Positions 1-9,493 of a stretch of 64,000 nt of DNA are shown piece after piece. The notes under the pieces were generated by a model, which was not told the origin of the DNA, did no database searches, and saw only the letters and a program-made list of their open reading frames with translations. Every line of letters starts with the position of its first letter. Within the stretch, counting starts at the first letter, position 1. A program made the position numbers and the translations under genes. Origin of the DNA: an uncultured Lachnospiraceae bacterium (GTDB lineage Bacteria; Bacillota; Clostridia; Lachnospirales; Lachnospiraceae); NCBI GenBank assembly GCA_964402925.1, contig CAYOED010000006.1:1953-65952 (forward strand), written 5' to 3'.

Positions 1-245
1 TATGCTACCCCTTTTCGGTCTGCACCTATGTATTGCGTCATGACGGCAATCATTCCGGATGAAATAATGGAAAACATAATGATAAAGATTCCAATATATG
101 TATTTGCCGTTCCCACTGCACCTACCGCCTGATCTCCAACCGAAGACAGCATCATGGTATCTACCATGCCTGCCAACATGTGAAATAAAACTTCCAGACA
201 GATTGGAATGAAAAGTTGCCTTAGCGTTTTTCTTTCGCCCTCCAT
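1..245 (-). CDS. MATE family efflux transporter, N-terminal fragment (gene runs off the window edge)
   Basis: Minus-strand ATG at 243-245. My translation is MEGERKTLRQLFIPICLEVLFHMLAGMVDTMMLSSVGDQAVG..., open to position 1. This is typical of a MatE N-terminus. Confidence 0.7.
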   Translation of the reverse strand, partial: MEGERKTLRQLFIPICLEVLFHMLAGMVDTMMLSSVGDQAVGAVGTANTYIGIFIIMFSIISSGMIAVMTQYIGADRKGVA

Positions 246-432
246 GGATCATATTCCTCCATAATTTTATCTATATTGGCATTATACTATTTTTTCTTTT
301 CCAATTCTTATAAAATACGCTTATTTTGCTAACACAAAACTATTATTAAGATTGCCTTAAAATTACTCTCCCAACTCAACGGCTATTTTGCAGCACAATC
401 ACCCCAAATTTTTTAATCAATTGATAAATCTC

Positions 433-490
433 TTGACAAGCATATATCGCAGTGCTATGCTTACTATATCGCAGTTCGATATATCGCAGT
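433..490 (+). promoter_or_regulatory. padR promoter with three direct-repeat operator candidates
   Basis: TTGACA 433-438, 17-nt spacer, TATGCT 456-461. TATATCGCAGT is repeated perfectly at 443-453, 465-475 and 480-490. Confidence 0.55.
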
Positions 491-509
491 ACTGAGTAGG
501 GGTAACGTA

Positions 510-824
510 ATGGATAGACATATCAGAAAAGTATATGTACCAATGACTGAAACAAGTTTCTACATTTTACTGTGCCTGAGAGAAGAGGCACACGGATACA
601 ACATTGTTAAAAAAACAGAAAGTTTAACACATGGAGAAATAAAAATCAGTCCCGGAACATTATATGGAAGCTTGTCTAAAATGGAAAAGGACGGTCTTAT
701 TAAATTTATCAGAGAAGAAGAAAAACGTAAAATATATTGCATTACAGAACTCGGAACACAGGTGCTCGACCTGGAAATGAAGCGAATTGAACGGTTATAC
801 AAAAGTATGCAGGAGGCAAAATAA
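510..824 (+). CDS. PadR family transcriptional regulator
   Basis: 104-aa winged-helix protein (YILLCL...HGYNI...ISPGTLYGSLSKMEKDGLI). This length and these motifs are typical of PadR. Confidence 0.85.
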   Translation: MDRHIRKVYVPMTETSFYILLCLREEAHGYNIVKKTESLTHGEIKISPGTLYGSLSKMEKDGLIKFIREEEKRKIYCITELGTQVLDLEMKRIERLYKSMQEAK

Positions 825-825
825 T

Positions 826-1374
826 ATGAGGGATACCAAAACGGAATTAAAATTATTCACAATTCCAGAGTGGAAGAAAGAAGAGATTTATCTTAGGGAA
901 CAGCATAAAAATGGTTGGGAATTTGTAAAAGTGGATTTTATTGGTTTGTATCATTTTAAAAAATGCGACCCTAAAGATGTTATCTATCAGCTAGACTATA
1001 ACCCTGAAAGTGTCAAACAAAAAGAGGAATACGTTCAAATGTTCCGCGATTGCGGCTGGGAATATCTGCAAAATTATGTGGGGTACAGTTATTTCCGCAA
1101 AGCAGCTTCTGATATGGACGGAGAAGAAGAAATATTCTGTGATGACACCTCCAGACTGGATGTGATGAAACAAGTTTTTAAACAACGAATGCTGCCTCTT
1201 TTATGTATTTTCCTTTTGATTATTATTCCAGAGGTTCTCTTGCGGAGCCAAATTGATACGCCTGCAAACCACGTTCTTATGGTTATATTTGGTATAATGT
1301 TTGGTCTATATCTTGTATTGCTTATAAAATTTGCCATTCAATTCTGGAAATACTTTGATTCAATTCATAAATAA
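826..1374 (+). CDS. DUF2812-like membrane protein (common PadR partner)
   Basis: The ORF track starts at 787. The internal ATG at 826 (MRDTKTELKLF) sits just after the padR stop. Two C-terminal hydrophobic helices are present. Confidence 0.65.
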   Translation: MRDTKTELKLFTIPEWKKEEIYLREQHKNGWEFVKVDFIGLYHFKKCDPKDVIYQLDYNPESVKQKEEYVQMFRDCGWEYLQNYVGYSYFRKAASDMDGEEEIFCDDTSRLDVMKQVFKQRMLPLLCIFLLIIIPEVLLRSQIDTPANHVLMVIFGIMFGLYLVLLIKFAIQFWKYFDSIHK

Positions 1375-1450
1375 ACGGCAAAAAGATTCATTATTTTAAG
1401 CAAGCAGCTTTTCGGAATTTGGGACCATCTGCAAAACTTTTATTTTTTAT

Positions 1451-1479
1451 TTGACAACTATCCATCAGTCGATTATAAT
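1451..1479 (+). promoter_or_regulatory. sigma-A type promoter for the tyrS leader
   Basis: TTGACA 1451-1456, exact 17-nt spacer, TATAAT 1474-1479. Confidence 0.7.
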
Positions 1480-1539
1480 TACAACTAATTTCATACAAGT
1501 GATTGAATTTAAAAGCAATGATAAGAAGAAGTAGCATAA

Positions 1540-1790
1540 AGTGAAACATACAGAAAGCAGCCGGTTGATGAGAGGCGCATGAGAAGCTATATGTGAATAC
1601 ATCTTTGAGCTTCGCACCAAATAATCCAGTGATTTAGTAGGCTGCGACGGTTCCTGCATCCGTTAACATGCTAGAGTATAAGCCCAGACGGGTCGTACTC
1701 GAAAAGGTAAGCAGCGTGAGCTGTTTATGAACATTAGGTGGTATCACGAGATTTGACTCTCGTCCTATTGAAGGACGGGAGTTTTTTTTA
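1540..1790 (+). promoter_or_regulatory. T-box leader (tyrosine specifier) with intrinsic terminator
   Basis: Candidate specifier GAA-UAC-A, with UAC at 1598-1600. T-box-like sequence AUUAGGUGGUAUCACGAG at about 1733-1750. Terminator stem 1756-1765/1773-1782 followed by a T8 run. It lies directly upstream of tyrS. Confidence 0.8.
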
Positions 1791-1804
1791 GGAGGAAAAA
1801 TGAA

Positions 1805-3037
1805 ATGACAGCTAATGAAACTATTTTAAGCCGGGAAGTCAACCGTCAGATGCACATTATCTTAAAGGGCGCCGCACAGCTTATCGGAGAAGAAGATTTA
1901 AGAGCAAAAATAGAACGCTCGATCCGAACAGATAAGCCCCTCATCGTCAAGCTGGGGCTCGATCCCAGCGCTCCGGACATTCACTTAGGTCACGCAGTAG
2001 TTCTTCGCAAATTGAAGCAACTACAGGATTTAGGACACCATATCGTAATCATCATCGGCGACTTTACCGGACGCATCGGTGACCCAACCGGAAAATCAAA
2101 GGGACGCAAAGCTCTTTCCGGCAGCGAAATTCTGATCAATGCACAGACCTACCAGGAACAGGTTTTCCGCGTGCTCGACAAGGATAAAACAGAAGTCCGC
2201 TATAACGGAGAATGGCTGGAACTTTTAAATATGGAGGAAATACTAAAACTTGCCGCCAGTACTACCGTTGCCAGAATGCTGGAGCGGGATGATTTCCAGA
2301 ACCGCTACTCCCACAATATCCCTATCGGTCTGCATGAATTCTTTTACCCTCTCATGCAGGCTTACGATTCCGTTGCCATAAAAGCAGATATTGAACTTGG
2401 CGGCACCGACCAGACCTTCAACATCCTAATGGGACGCTCCCTTCAGAAATCCTTAAATCAAGAACCCCAGGCAGCACTCTTCATGCCCATATTAGAAGGA
2501 CTTGACGGCATGGAGAAAATGAGCAAAAGCCTTGGAAATTACATTGGCGTACAGGAAGAGGCAAATGTCATGTTCAAAAAAATCATGGAAGTCCCTGACT
2601 CTCTCATCATCAGATACTTTGAACTGGCAACCGACATTTTGCCGGATGAACTGGATAAAATAAAAGCCTCCCTTGATAACGGCTGCAATCCCAAAGACTG
2701 CAAACTGCTTCTGGCACGCACCATCACCGCCTTATACCACACCCCTGACGAAACCGCTGCCGCCGAAGAATTTTTTCACCAGGCATTTACCAATAAGGGA
2801 ATACCAGAAGAAGTTCCCACACTTCCCATCCTCTCCAGAAAAGACAGTCTGCTGCAAGCAGTTCCGTTTCTTGTGCAAAACGGCTTTACGGCAAGCAGCA
2901 ATGAATTCCGCCGCCTGCTCACCCAGGGCGGCATCTCCTTAAACGGAGAGAAAATTACCTCTCTGGATACCTCTATCGTCAGTGGTGATGTGCTGAAAAT
3001 TGGGAAAAAGAAGTTTGTCAAGTTCGTCTCTGCATAA
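1805..3037 (+). CDS. tyrS: tyrosine--tRNA ligase
   Basis: Class I signatures HLGH (DIHLGHAV) and KMSKS are present, plus a C-terminal S4-like domain. AGGAGG lies 10 nt upstream. Confidence 0.95.
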   Translation: MTANETILSREVNRQMHIILKGAAQLIGEEDLRAKIERSIRTDKPLIVKLGLDPSAPDIHLGHAVVLRKLKQLQDLGHHIVIIIGDFTGRIGDPTGKSKGRKALSGSEILINAQTYQEQVFRVLDKDKTEVRYNGEWLELLNMEEILKLAASTTVARMLERDDFQNRYSHNIPIGLHEFFYPLMQAYDSVAIKADIELGGTDQTFNILMGRSLQKSLNQEPQAALFMPILEGLDGMEKMSKSLGNYIGVQEEANVMFKKIMEVPDSLIIRYFELATDILPDELDKIKASLDNGCNPKDCKLLLARTITALYHTPDETAAAEEFFHQAFTNKGIPEEVPTLPILSRKDSLLQAVPFLVQNGFTASSNEFRRLLTQGGISLNGEKITSLDTSIVSGDVLKIGKKKFVKFVSA

Positions 3038-3085
3038 AGTATCATCCTTTATCTTTAAAAATTTATTAGTTTTACAGCTATTGAG

Positions 3086-3135
3086 TTGATTTCGCATTGC
3101 AAATTGCATATACTGTAAGTGCAATGAAATGCGAA
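3086..3135 (+). promoter_or_regulatory. candidate promoter/operator of the toxin-antitoxin operon
   Basis: TTGATT 3086-3091, 17 nt, TATACT 3109-3114. An imperfect inverted repeat TTCGCATTGCA / TGCAATGAAATGCGAA flanks the -10. Confidence 0.4.
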
Positions 3136-3148
3136 AGGAGTTGACACT

Positions 3149-3424
3149 ATGGCAAATACCACCAATTTCAGCGTCCGCATGGACAGCGATATAAAAAAAC
3201 AGTGCGAAACACTTTACGGAGAATTGGGAATGAATCTTACTACCGCAATCAATGTGTTTCTGCGCCAGTCCCTCCGTGTCGGCGGCTTTCCCTTTGAAGT
3301 CAAACTGGAACAGCCCAACAAAGAAACAATTGCCGCCATGTTGGAAGCAGAGCGTATCGCACATGATCCTAACGTAAAGCGCTACTCTGATGTAGAAGAA
3401 GCGCTACGGGAGTTAAAACAATGA
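3149..3424 (+). CDS. type II antitoxin, RelB/DinJ family
   Basis: 91-aa ribbon-helix-helix type N-terminus (FSVRMDSDIKKQCETLYGELGMNLTTAINVFLRQ). It overlaps the toxin gene by 4 nt. Confidence 0.85.
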   Translation: MANTTNFSVRMDSDIKKQCETLYGELGMNLTTAINVFLRQSLRVGGFPFEVKLEQPNKETIAAMLEAERIAHDPNVKRYSDVEEALRELKQ

Positions 3425-3702
3425 ATCGCGATATTATTTGGACAACACAGTTTAAAAAGGACTATAAGCTGGCACTAAAACGTCATCTGAATATTGAACT
3501 GCTGGACGATATAATCCGGGCACTGTCGCGTGGAGAAACGCTGCCAGAAAAGTACAAAGATCATCCATTATCCGGCGATTGGATCGGACACAGGGAATGT
3601 CATATTCAGCCGGATTGGCTGCTGATCTACCGCGTTGAAAATGATATATTAGTTCTGACCTTAGCCCGCACTGGAACACACAGTGACTTATTCAGCAAAT
3701 GA
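3421..3702 (+). CDS. type II toxin, YafQ/RelE family mRNA interferase
   Basis: 93 aa with FKKDYKL...LSG.W.G.RECHI.PDWLLIY...GTHSDLF, characteristic of YafQ. Confidence 0.85.
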   Translation: MNRDIIWTTQFKKDYKLALKRHLNIELLDDIIRALSRGETLPEKYKDHPLSGDWIGHRECHIQPDWLLIYRVENDILVLTLARTGTHSDLFSK

Positions 3703-3776
3703 GATGCACTAATATGACGGTATTCTTATAGCAGCATCACATGTTTTGCGAATGATACGCAAAGGAGGAAAATAAA

Positions 3777-4958
3777 GTGTTTCAGTTATTACTAGCAATT
3801 ATCTATCTTGCATTTATCAGTCTGGGTCTGCCCGACTCCCTTTTAGGTTCGGCATGGCCCGTCATGTATCAGGAATTAAATGTTTCCGTTTCTTATGCCG
3901 GAGGCATTTCAATGATTATCGCTCTGGGAACAATCATCTCCAGTTTGCTGAGCGACCGCCTGACAAGAAAATTTGGGACAGGTCTGGTTACTGCCGTCAG
4001 TGTACTCATGACAGCCGCTGCTCTTTTCGGCTTTTCCTTAAGTCACTCCTTCCTATTGCTATGTATATGGGCGATTCCTTACGGTCTGGGTGCAGGAAGT
4101 GTGGATGCTTCCCTAAATAACTATGTAGCGCTCCACTATGCAAGCAGGCATATGAGCTGGTTGCACTGCATGTGGGGAATCGGCGCTTCCCTTGGACCAT
4201 ATATTATGGGATTTGCTCTGACAAATGGGCAGGGATGGAATATGGGCTATCGCTATATTGCCATTTTGCAAATTGTCCTGACCTGCGTTCTGCTGCTCAG
4301 CCTTCCGCTGTGGCAGAAGCGCACGCTTAAGGCTTCTGATACAGATTATGCCTCAGATACCGACAAACCGCTTTCCCTAGGCGCCATCCTGAAAATTCCC
4401 GGTGCAAAGGAAGTAATGATCACTTTCTTCTGCTACTGTGCTCTGGAGCAGACTGCCGGCTTATGGATCAGCAGTTATCTTGTCCTTCATAAAAATCTGC
4501 CTACCGAGACAGCTGCCTCCTTTGCCGGATGGTTCTTTATTGGAATCACGATTGGCAGGGCTTTAAGCGGCTTTCTCACTATGAAGCTGAATGATACACA
4601 AATGGTTCGTTTAGGACAAAGTATTATTTTGGCAGGCTGCCTTGTTTTGCTGCTGCCTTTGGGCAGTGAGATTTCTTTTGTCGGTCTGGTTTTGATCGGT
4701 CTGGGATGTGCACCCATCTATCCCTGCATCATCCACTCCACACCGGCACATTTCGGCGCAGATAAATCCCAGGCCATCATCGGAGTACAAATGGCCTTTG
4801 CCTATATCGGCACCTGCCTGATGCCTCCGCTGTTCGGTCTTATTGCAAACCATATCAGCATTACATTATTTCCGATATACCTATTATTAATCTTGATTTT
4901 AATGTTCATTATGCACGAAGCGTTACTGAAAAAATGCACAAATAGGGGGATTTTATGA
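3777..4958 (+). CDS. MFS transporter
   Basis: 393 aa, about 12 hydrophobic helices. GTG start 8 nt after AGGAGG. Confidence 0.8.
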   Translation: MFQLLLAIIYLAFISLGLPDSLLGSAWPVMYQELNVSVSYAGGISMIIALGTIISSLLSDRLTRKFGTGLVTAVSVLMTAAALFGFSLSHSFLLLCIWAIPYGLGAGSVDASLNNYVALHYASRHMSWLHCMWGIGASLGPYIMGFALTNGQGWNMGYRYIAILQIVLTCVLLLSLPLWQKRTLKASDTDYASDTDKPLSLGAILKIPGAKEVMITFFCYCALEQTAGLWISSYLVLHKNLPTETAASFAGWFFIGITIGRALSGFLTMKLNDTQMVRLGQSIILAGCLVLLLPLGSEISFVGLVLIGLGCAPIYPCIIHSTPAHFGADKSQAIIGVQMAFAYIGTCLMPPLFGLIANHISITLFPIYLLLILILMFIMHEALLKKCTNRGIL

Positions 4959-5866
4959 TCGACTTACATATGCACAGTTTCTATAGCGAAGATGGAGAGT
5001 TTTCACCTGCCGTTCTGGTAGAAAAATGCGCCGCACTGAATATGAAAAGAATGTCCATTACCGACCACAATTGTGTGCGGGCTAATTTCGAAGCTGAAAA
5101 TCTGGCAAACAAAAAGGGAATTGCATACATTCCAGGCATTGAGATTGACTGCGTTCATGAAAACAATGGCTTTCATATATTAGGATATGGAATCGATTAT
5201 CGCAGTGCGGATTTTGAAATGATTGAAAAAAATATCCGCTCCCAAAGCTTTGAAGCATCTCTCAAGATGCTTGAAAAGACACAGGCGCTCGGTTTTCATG
5301 TGACCGAAAATGATATGTGGAATCTATCTAAAAATTCCTATTGGTCTGAAACCTGGACCGGAGAAATGTTTGCAGAAACACTGCTTACCAATTCTGCATA
5401 TAAAGACCATCCCCTGCTTGCACCCTACCGCAGCGACGGAGCAAGAGGAGATAATCCTTATGTGAATTTTTACTGGGACTTTTATGCGCCGGGCAAGCCC
5501 TGCCACGCCGCAATGCACTATCCCCAAATGCAGGAAATCATTGACTTAATCCACAATAATCATGGTTTTGCTGTACTTGCCCATCCGGGTGTCAATTTAA
5601 AGGGCAAAGGGCATCTTCTCCCGGAAATCATACGCCTTGGAATTGACGGAATTGAGGCGTTCTCCAGCTATCATCTGCCTGATCAGGCTGCCGGATTTTG
5701 CACTGCGGCAGAGCAATATCAGCTCTTCATCACTTGCGGCAGCGATTTTCATGGAAAGACCAAACCAGCCATTGAGATTGGAAATCACGGCTGCACCATT
5801 TCCGATGAAAGTCTGCTACGCATTATTTATAGCGAAAAGTCCATACAAGAACAGGTACCAGAATAA
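4955..5866 (+). CDS. PHP domain phosphoesterase
   Basis: N-terminal IDLHMHSFYSEDG and downstream HP..., GSDFHG motifs of the PHP fold. ATGA overlap with the MFS stop. Confidence 0.8.
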   Translation: MIDLHMHSFYSEDGEFSPAVLVEKCAALNMKRMSITDHNCVRANFEAENLANKKGIAYIPGIEIDCVHENNGFHILGYGIDYRSADFEMIEKNIRSQSFEASLKMLEKTQALGFHVTENDMWNLSKNSYWSETWTGEMFAETLLTNSAYKDHPLLAPYRSDGARGDNPYVNFYWDFYAPGKPCHAAMHYPQMQEIIDLIHNNHGFAVLAHPGVNLKGKGHLLPEIIRLGIDGIEAFSSYHLPDQAAGFCTAAEQYQLFITCGSDFHGKTKPAIEIGNHGCTISDESLLRIIYSEKSIQEQVPE

Positions 5867-6662
5867 CCGCCGTGAGAAGGCACATCCACAGGCTCTGACC
5901 TGTCGGAACTCTGGTAAGTACAATAAACAGAACCAGCATGATGGCAAGCATACTGCCGGAAATAAACCTGTAAATTTTTCTCTTTCCCTGTGAAATGCTG
6001 CCATCTTCCACCATCTCGGGATGCGTCATAGTGCAATGTATAACCGCACCAAAACGCCCTATGACGCGCTCCGCCGTGTACTCTGTGCCGTCGATTTCAA
6101 AGACAGGATACATCCCTTCCTTTGTGATTACCAGATTCACCTCATTCTCATCTGCATATGCCAGAAGTGCGTCTGTAAATTCTCGGGGATTCATGACCAT
6201 GGTATCCGGTCTGAATGTAAAGGTCCGCATTGCTTCCTCTTTCTTCACCTGTTTATAATCATTTAAAATTGTCATGAAAATTCCTCCCTTCTTCTTCTCC
6301 ATCTCATCCATCTTAAGAAGCACCGCGTCTGCATCCAGCGTTTTAAATTCTTCATGACGCAAATCCCTACAGATGCTGATACACGACTCCAGTTCACTCT
6401 TCCTTTCCAGCAGACTGTCAAGATGCATTTGAATCGCCTGATCAAAAGGAGTTTCTTCATCCATAATCTTCCGAATATCTTCTATCGGCATATCCAGCTT
6501 TCGCAACACCTTAATAATCTGAAGCATTTTCACATCTTCCTGTGTATACTCCCGATAATTGTTCATTTCGTTTCTTGCCGGATGGACCAGTCCCTTTTTT
6601 TCATAGAAGCGAATATTCTGTTTGCTGATACCCGTCATGCTTTCCAGTTCATTGATATTCAC
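5823..6662 (-). CDS. MerR family transcriptional regulator with C-terminal membrane anchor
   Basis: MerR HTH (MTGISKQNIRFYEKKGLVHPARN..NYREY) followed by two C-terminal hydrophobic helices. Confidence 0.85.
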   Translation of the reverse strand: MNINELESMTGISKQNIRFYEKKGLVHPARNEMNNYREYTQEDVKMLQIIKVLRKLDMPIEDIRKIMDEETPFDQAIQMHLDSLLERKSELESCISICRDLRHEEFKTLDADAVLLKMDEMEKKKGGIFMTILNDYKQVKKEEAMRTFTFRPDTMVMNPREFTDALLAYADENEVNLVITKEGMYPVFEIDGTEYTAERVIGRFGAVIHCTMTHPEMVEDGSISQGKRKIYRFISGSMLAIMLVLFIVLTRVPTGQSLWMCLLTAVILVPVLVWTFRYK

Positions 6663-6692
6663 TGCAATATCCTCCTTGCTTCTTTTGAGTAG

Positions 6693-6723
6693 AGTATATG
6701 GGTTATAGTTGGTATAAGGTCAA
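6693..6723 (-). promoter_or_regulatory. MerR-type promoter with 19-bp spacer
   Basis: On the minus strand: TTGACC (6718-6723), 19-nt spacer containing the TTATA..TATAA dyad, TATACT (6693-6698). Confidence 0.6.
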
Positions 6724-6873
6724 GAAATATTTCATGTTTGATGCATTTTTCTTGCTGTTTATTTTATCATAATTATTGCCGTGAGTAATTATGATATTCC
6801 ACACCTAAAATTTATATTGCAATGCTGTTCTGCAGTTATAAACAAACGCCGCCACGCTTCGCGCACCAGCTTA

Positions 6874-6918
6874 TTGTAAATAAACAGAGAGAATCTTATT
6901 GAAAAAGGTTCTCTCTGT
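6874..6918 (-). terminator. intrinsic terminator after the 157-aa ORF
   Basis: 10-bp stem ACAGAGAGAA (6884-6893) / TTCTCTCTGT (6909-6918), followed on the minus strand by GTTTATTT. Confidence 0.65.
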
Positions 6919-6957
6919 CAATGATAGCTATTATGTTGCTGGTCAAGAATTAAATCC

Positions 6958-7431
6958 TTAACAAAATACAATGATTCTTGAAGGTGTTGTCTGAGGAGGA
7001 ATACTTCTGGTGGTGGCTGTATAATAAACCAGCAGGGTCTGATCCGCCGGATTACAGTTAAACCGTTGCCCGTTCGCAGTCCTAATGTTGGTATTTCCCG
7101 CAATATTTAACTGCAGTGAGCGATCTTCCGCCAGAAGATTCCGGTCAAAATAATTCAGCATCACCTGCTCGTTCCTGCCAATCACGGTAACGATCTGCGC
7201 ACGGTACTGAGGCGGAAAAATGAGAGGAATAGGTAGGGAAGCATCATAGAATGCCGCTATACGCATTCCCATCCGGATTTGTATATCATCAATCACCTGT
7301 GTCTGTGCATTTACTACAAAGTTCGCAATTCCATCATCCGTACGCAAAGACACCATTTGACTGCAACAGTCATTTCCTCTTGCAATATTAAATACCGTAC
7401 CTATTACTGGAACAAAATCTGTGTATGCCAT
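6958..7431 (-). CDS. hypothetical protein (157 aa)
   Basis: Intact ORF 18 nt downstream of the DUF255 gene stop, with an AAAGGT Shine-Dalgarno-like site. No motif that I recognise. Confidence 0.55.
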   Translation of the reverse strand: MAYTDFVPVIGTVFNIARGNDCCSQMVSLRTDDGIANFVVNAQTQVIDDIQIRMGMRIAAFYDASLPIPLIFPPQYRAQIVTVIGRNEQVMLNYFDRNLLAEDRSLQLNIAGNTNIRTANGQRFNCNPADQTLLVYYTATTRSIPPQTTPSRIIVFC

Positions 7432-7449
7432 AAAACTACCTTTTTTTAT

Positions 7450-9408
7450 TTAAAATACTCCTTTTTCAGGAAAATGTTCCTGATTTATAGGCGGAAGGCA
7501 AGTGTGGTCCTTACAGATATAATAAGTTGTTTTCCCGTTTAGTAGTTTATACTCTTCCGTCTCATGCGCAAGAAGATTTACATCTGCATAAAGGGGCAGT
7601 TTTTTCCTGACCTCTTCTTCCTCCTCTCCTGCTGCCAAAATCACAGTGATTTTAGCAGGGGGATTTAAGTAAAACAGCTGGGCAGTCAGAAACATCCCAT
7701 GCCCTGTGGGATAGGCTTTTGCCTCACCGGATAAAAAAGCCAGCTGTTCCTTTGCCAGATGCTCATAATCCTCATTCCCTAAAATCTGGAAAAGCCTGAC
7801 AAAACAATATGCCATGACAGAATTTCCACTAGGAAGCGCACCGTCATAAGTTTCCTTGGGTTTTATAATCAGACTGTCGTTTCCCTCCCCATATAGAAAA
7901 TATCCGCTGCCCTTCTCATCGGCAAACTGCTCCTTTGCCTCTTCACAGATCTGCTGTGCACGTTCTATATAGGCAGATTCTCCGGTTGCCTCGTACAAAC
8001 TGATAAGCGCCGCTGTATAATAAGCATATTCATCCAGAAATCCCTTAACAAAACGTATATGATTTCTAAAACTTACATAAAGAGTGTTCCCATATGCAAG
8101 ACTCTTTTCAATAAACTGCTGTGCCCTCTTTGCCGCCAAAAGATACTCTTCTTTCCCCGTCACGCGGTAAAGTACCGATAACGCCCAGATCATCAGCGCA
8201 TTCCATGAGGTCAGGATCTTATCGTCCAAGTGCAGCTTAAAATGAGATTTGCGATACTCATACATAAGCTCCTTTTCCCCTTCAAAGTCATCCGGAATTT
8301 CATTTCCATTCAAGAGATTTGGAATATTCCTGCCTTCAAAATTTCCCCGCTGCGTTATCCCGAAATGTTGGCAAAGCCGCTTTCCCCTCTCTTCCCCCAA
8401 AAGCCTGCACACTTCCTCATATCTCCACGTATAAAATCTGCCTTCTTCCCCTTCACTGTCTGCGTCCTGCGCAGAATAAAACGCTCCCTCGCTGTCAGTC
8501 AGATCACGGAAAACATAGGCGGCAGTCTTTTCCGCTGTATCTAAAAAAATTTCATTCCCCGAAACCTTATAAGCTGCCGAATATGCTATGATCAACAGTG
8601 CATTATCATACAGCATTTTTTCAAAATGCGGGAGAAAAAAATACTTATCTGTGGAATATCTGGAAAATCCAAAACCAATGTGGTCAAAAATCCCGCCTCT
8701 GCGCATCTTTTCAAGCGTAACCTCCACCTGCTTAAAAACATCCTTTTTATCATTTATCTGTGCATAAAGGGTTAAAAACAGTAGATTGTGAGGTGTCGGA
8801 AACTTCGGTGCATTTCCGAATCCGCCATATTTTTTATCAAAGTTTTCCGAAAAGATCCCTACTGCCTTCTCCGGCATCCCGCTGTCGATATGTTCACAAA
8901 CTCCTTCATCCTCCGTACTAATATGTGCAAGGATGCGTTCCGCGGACTGCAGCAGTTCCTCCTTATCCCTCTTCCATTTATCTGCAATCACAAGCAGCAG
9001 ATCATGCATCCCCGCCATGCCCCGGCTGGATATGGGCGGAAAATAAGTTCCTGCAAAAAATGGCTTCTGTTCCGGCGTCATGAAAATACTCATAGGCCAT
9101 CCGCCATTTCCCGTCAGAGCCTGACAAACGGACATATACACACTATCAATATCGGGACGCTCCTCCCTGTCCACCTTGACCGACACAAAGTAGCGATTGA
9201 GGATATCTGCGATTTCCATATTTTCAAAACTCTCCTGCTCCATCACATGGCACCAATGACAGGTACTATATCCAATACTCAAAAAAACAGGTTTATCTTC
9301 CCGCTTTGCCTTTTCAAAAGCTTCTTCTCCCCATGGATACCAGTCCACAGGATTTTCAGCATGCTGTAACAGATAGGGGCTGCTCTGATCTTTTAAATGA
9401 TTGCTCAT
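7450..9408 (-). CDS. thioredoxin-domain protein, DUF255/YyaL family
   Basis: The N-terminus ([36 protein letters not shown]) is the DUF255 thioredoxin-fold signature. A long alpha/alpha-toroid-like C-terminal part follows. Confidence 0.85.
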   Translation of the reverse strand: MSNHLKDQSSPYLLQHAENPVDWYPWGEEAFEKAKREDKPVFLSIGYSTCHWCHVMEQESFENMEIADILNRYFVSVKVDREERPDIDSVYMSVCQALTGNGGWPMSIFMTPEQKPFFAGTYFPPISSRGMAGMHDLLLVIADKWKRDKEELLQSAERILAHISTEDEGVCEHIDSGMPEKAVGIFSENFDKKYGGFGNAPKFPTPHNLLFLTLYAQINDKKDVFKQVEVTLEKMRRGGIFDHIGFGFSRYSTDKYFFLPHFEKMLYDNALLIIAYSAAYKVSGNEIFLDTAEKTAAYVFRDLTDSEGAFYSAQDADSEGEEGRFYTWRYEEVCRLLGEERGKRLCQHFGITQRGNFEGRNIPNLLNGNEIPDDFEGEKELMYEYRKSHFKLHLDDKILTSWNALMIWALSVLYRVTGKEEYLLAAKRAQQFIEKSLAYGNTLYVSFRNHIRFVKGFLDEYAYYTAALISLYEATGESAYIERAQQICEEAKEQFADEKGSGYFLYGEGNDSLIIKPKETYDGALPSGNSVMAYCFVRLFQILGNEDYEHLAKEQLAFLSGEAKAYPTGHGMFLTAQLFYLNPPAKITVILAAGEEEEEVRKKLPLYADVNLLAHETEEYKLLNGKTTYYICKDHTCLPPINQEHFPEKGVF

Positions 9409-9493
9409 AAATACCTTCCTTTCTTATCACTTGTATTTTGCGCAATCATCTATAATTTATACCGCCTTCTCCTTTTACGGAAGCAGACTTATC

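Noticed and set aside
787-825. Upstream extension of the DUF2812 ORF, and similar 5' extensions of rplM, truA, rplQ, rpsD, adk, rplX, rplB, putP, proB, the ABC ATPase and permease, and the KOW protein
   Set aside because: The extensions overlap the preceding gene or lack a ribosome-binding site. Internal ATG, GTG or TTG codons preceded by GGAGG-like sites give the canonical family N-termini.
5637-6036. Several 60-118-aa ORFs at the PHP/MerR junction
   Set aside because: They are alternative frames of the PHP 3' end and the MerR membrane-anchor region. The two real genes already account for the sequence.
8788-9369. 193-aa plus-strand ORF, and similar long antisense ORFs (18486-19331, 28439-28993, 39212-39709, 46777-47286, 48067-48528, 57295-58384)
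   Set aside because: All lie entirely inside, and antisense to, strongly supported genes (DUF255, hybrid kinase, ecfT, secY, rplB/rplW, rplC, ASKHA ATPase). They have low-complexity or biased translations and no Shine-Dalgarno sites. I treat them as shadow ORFs.
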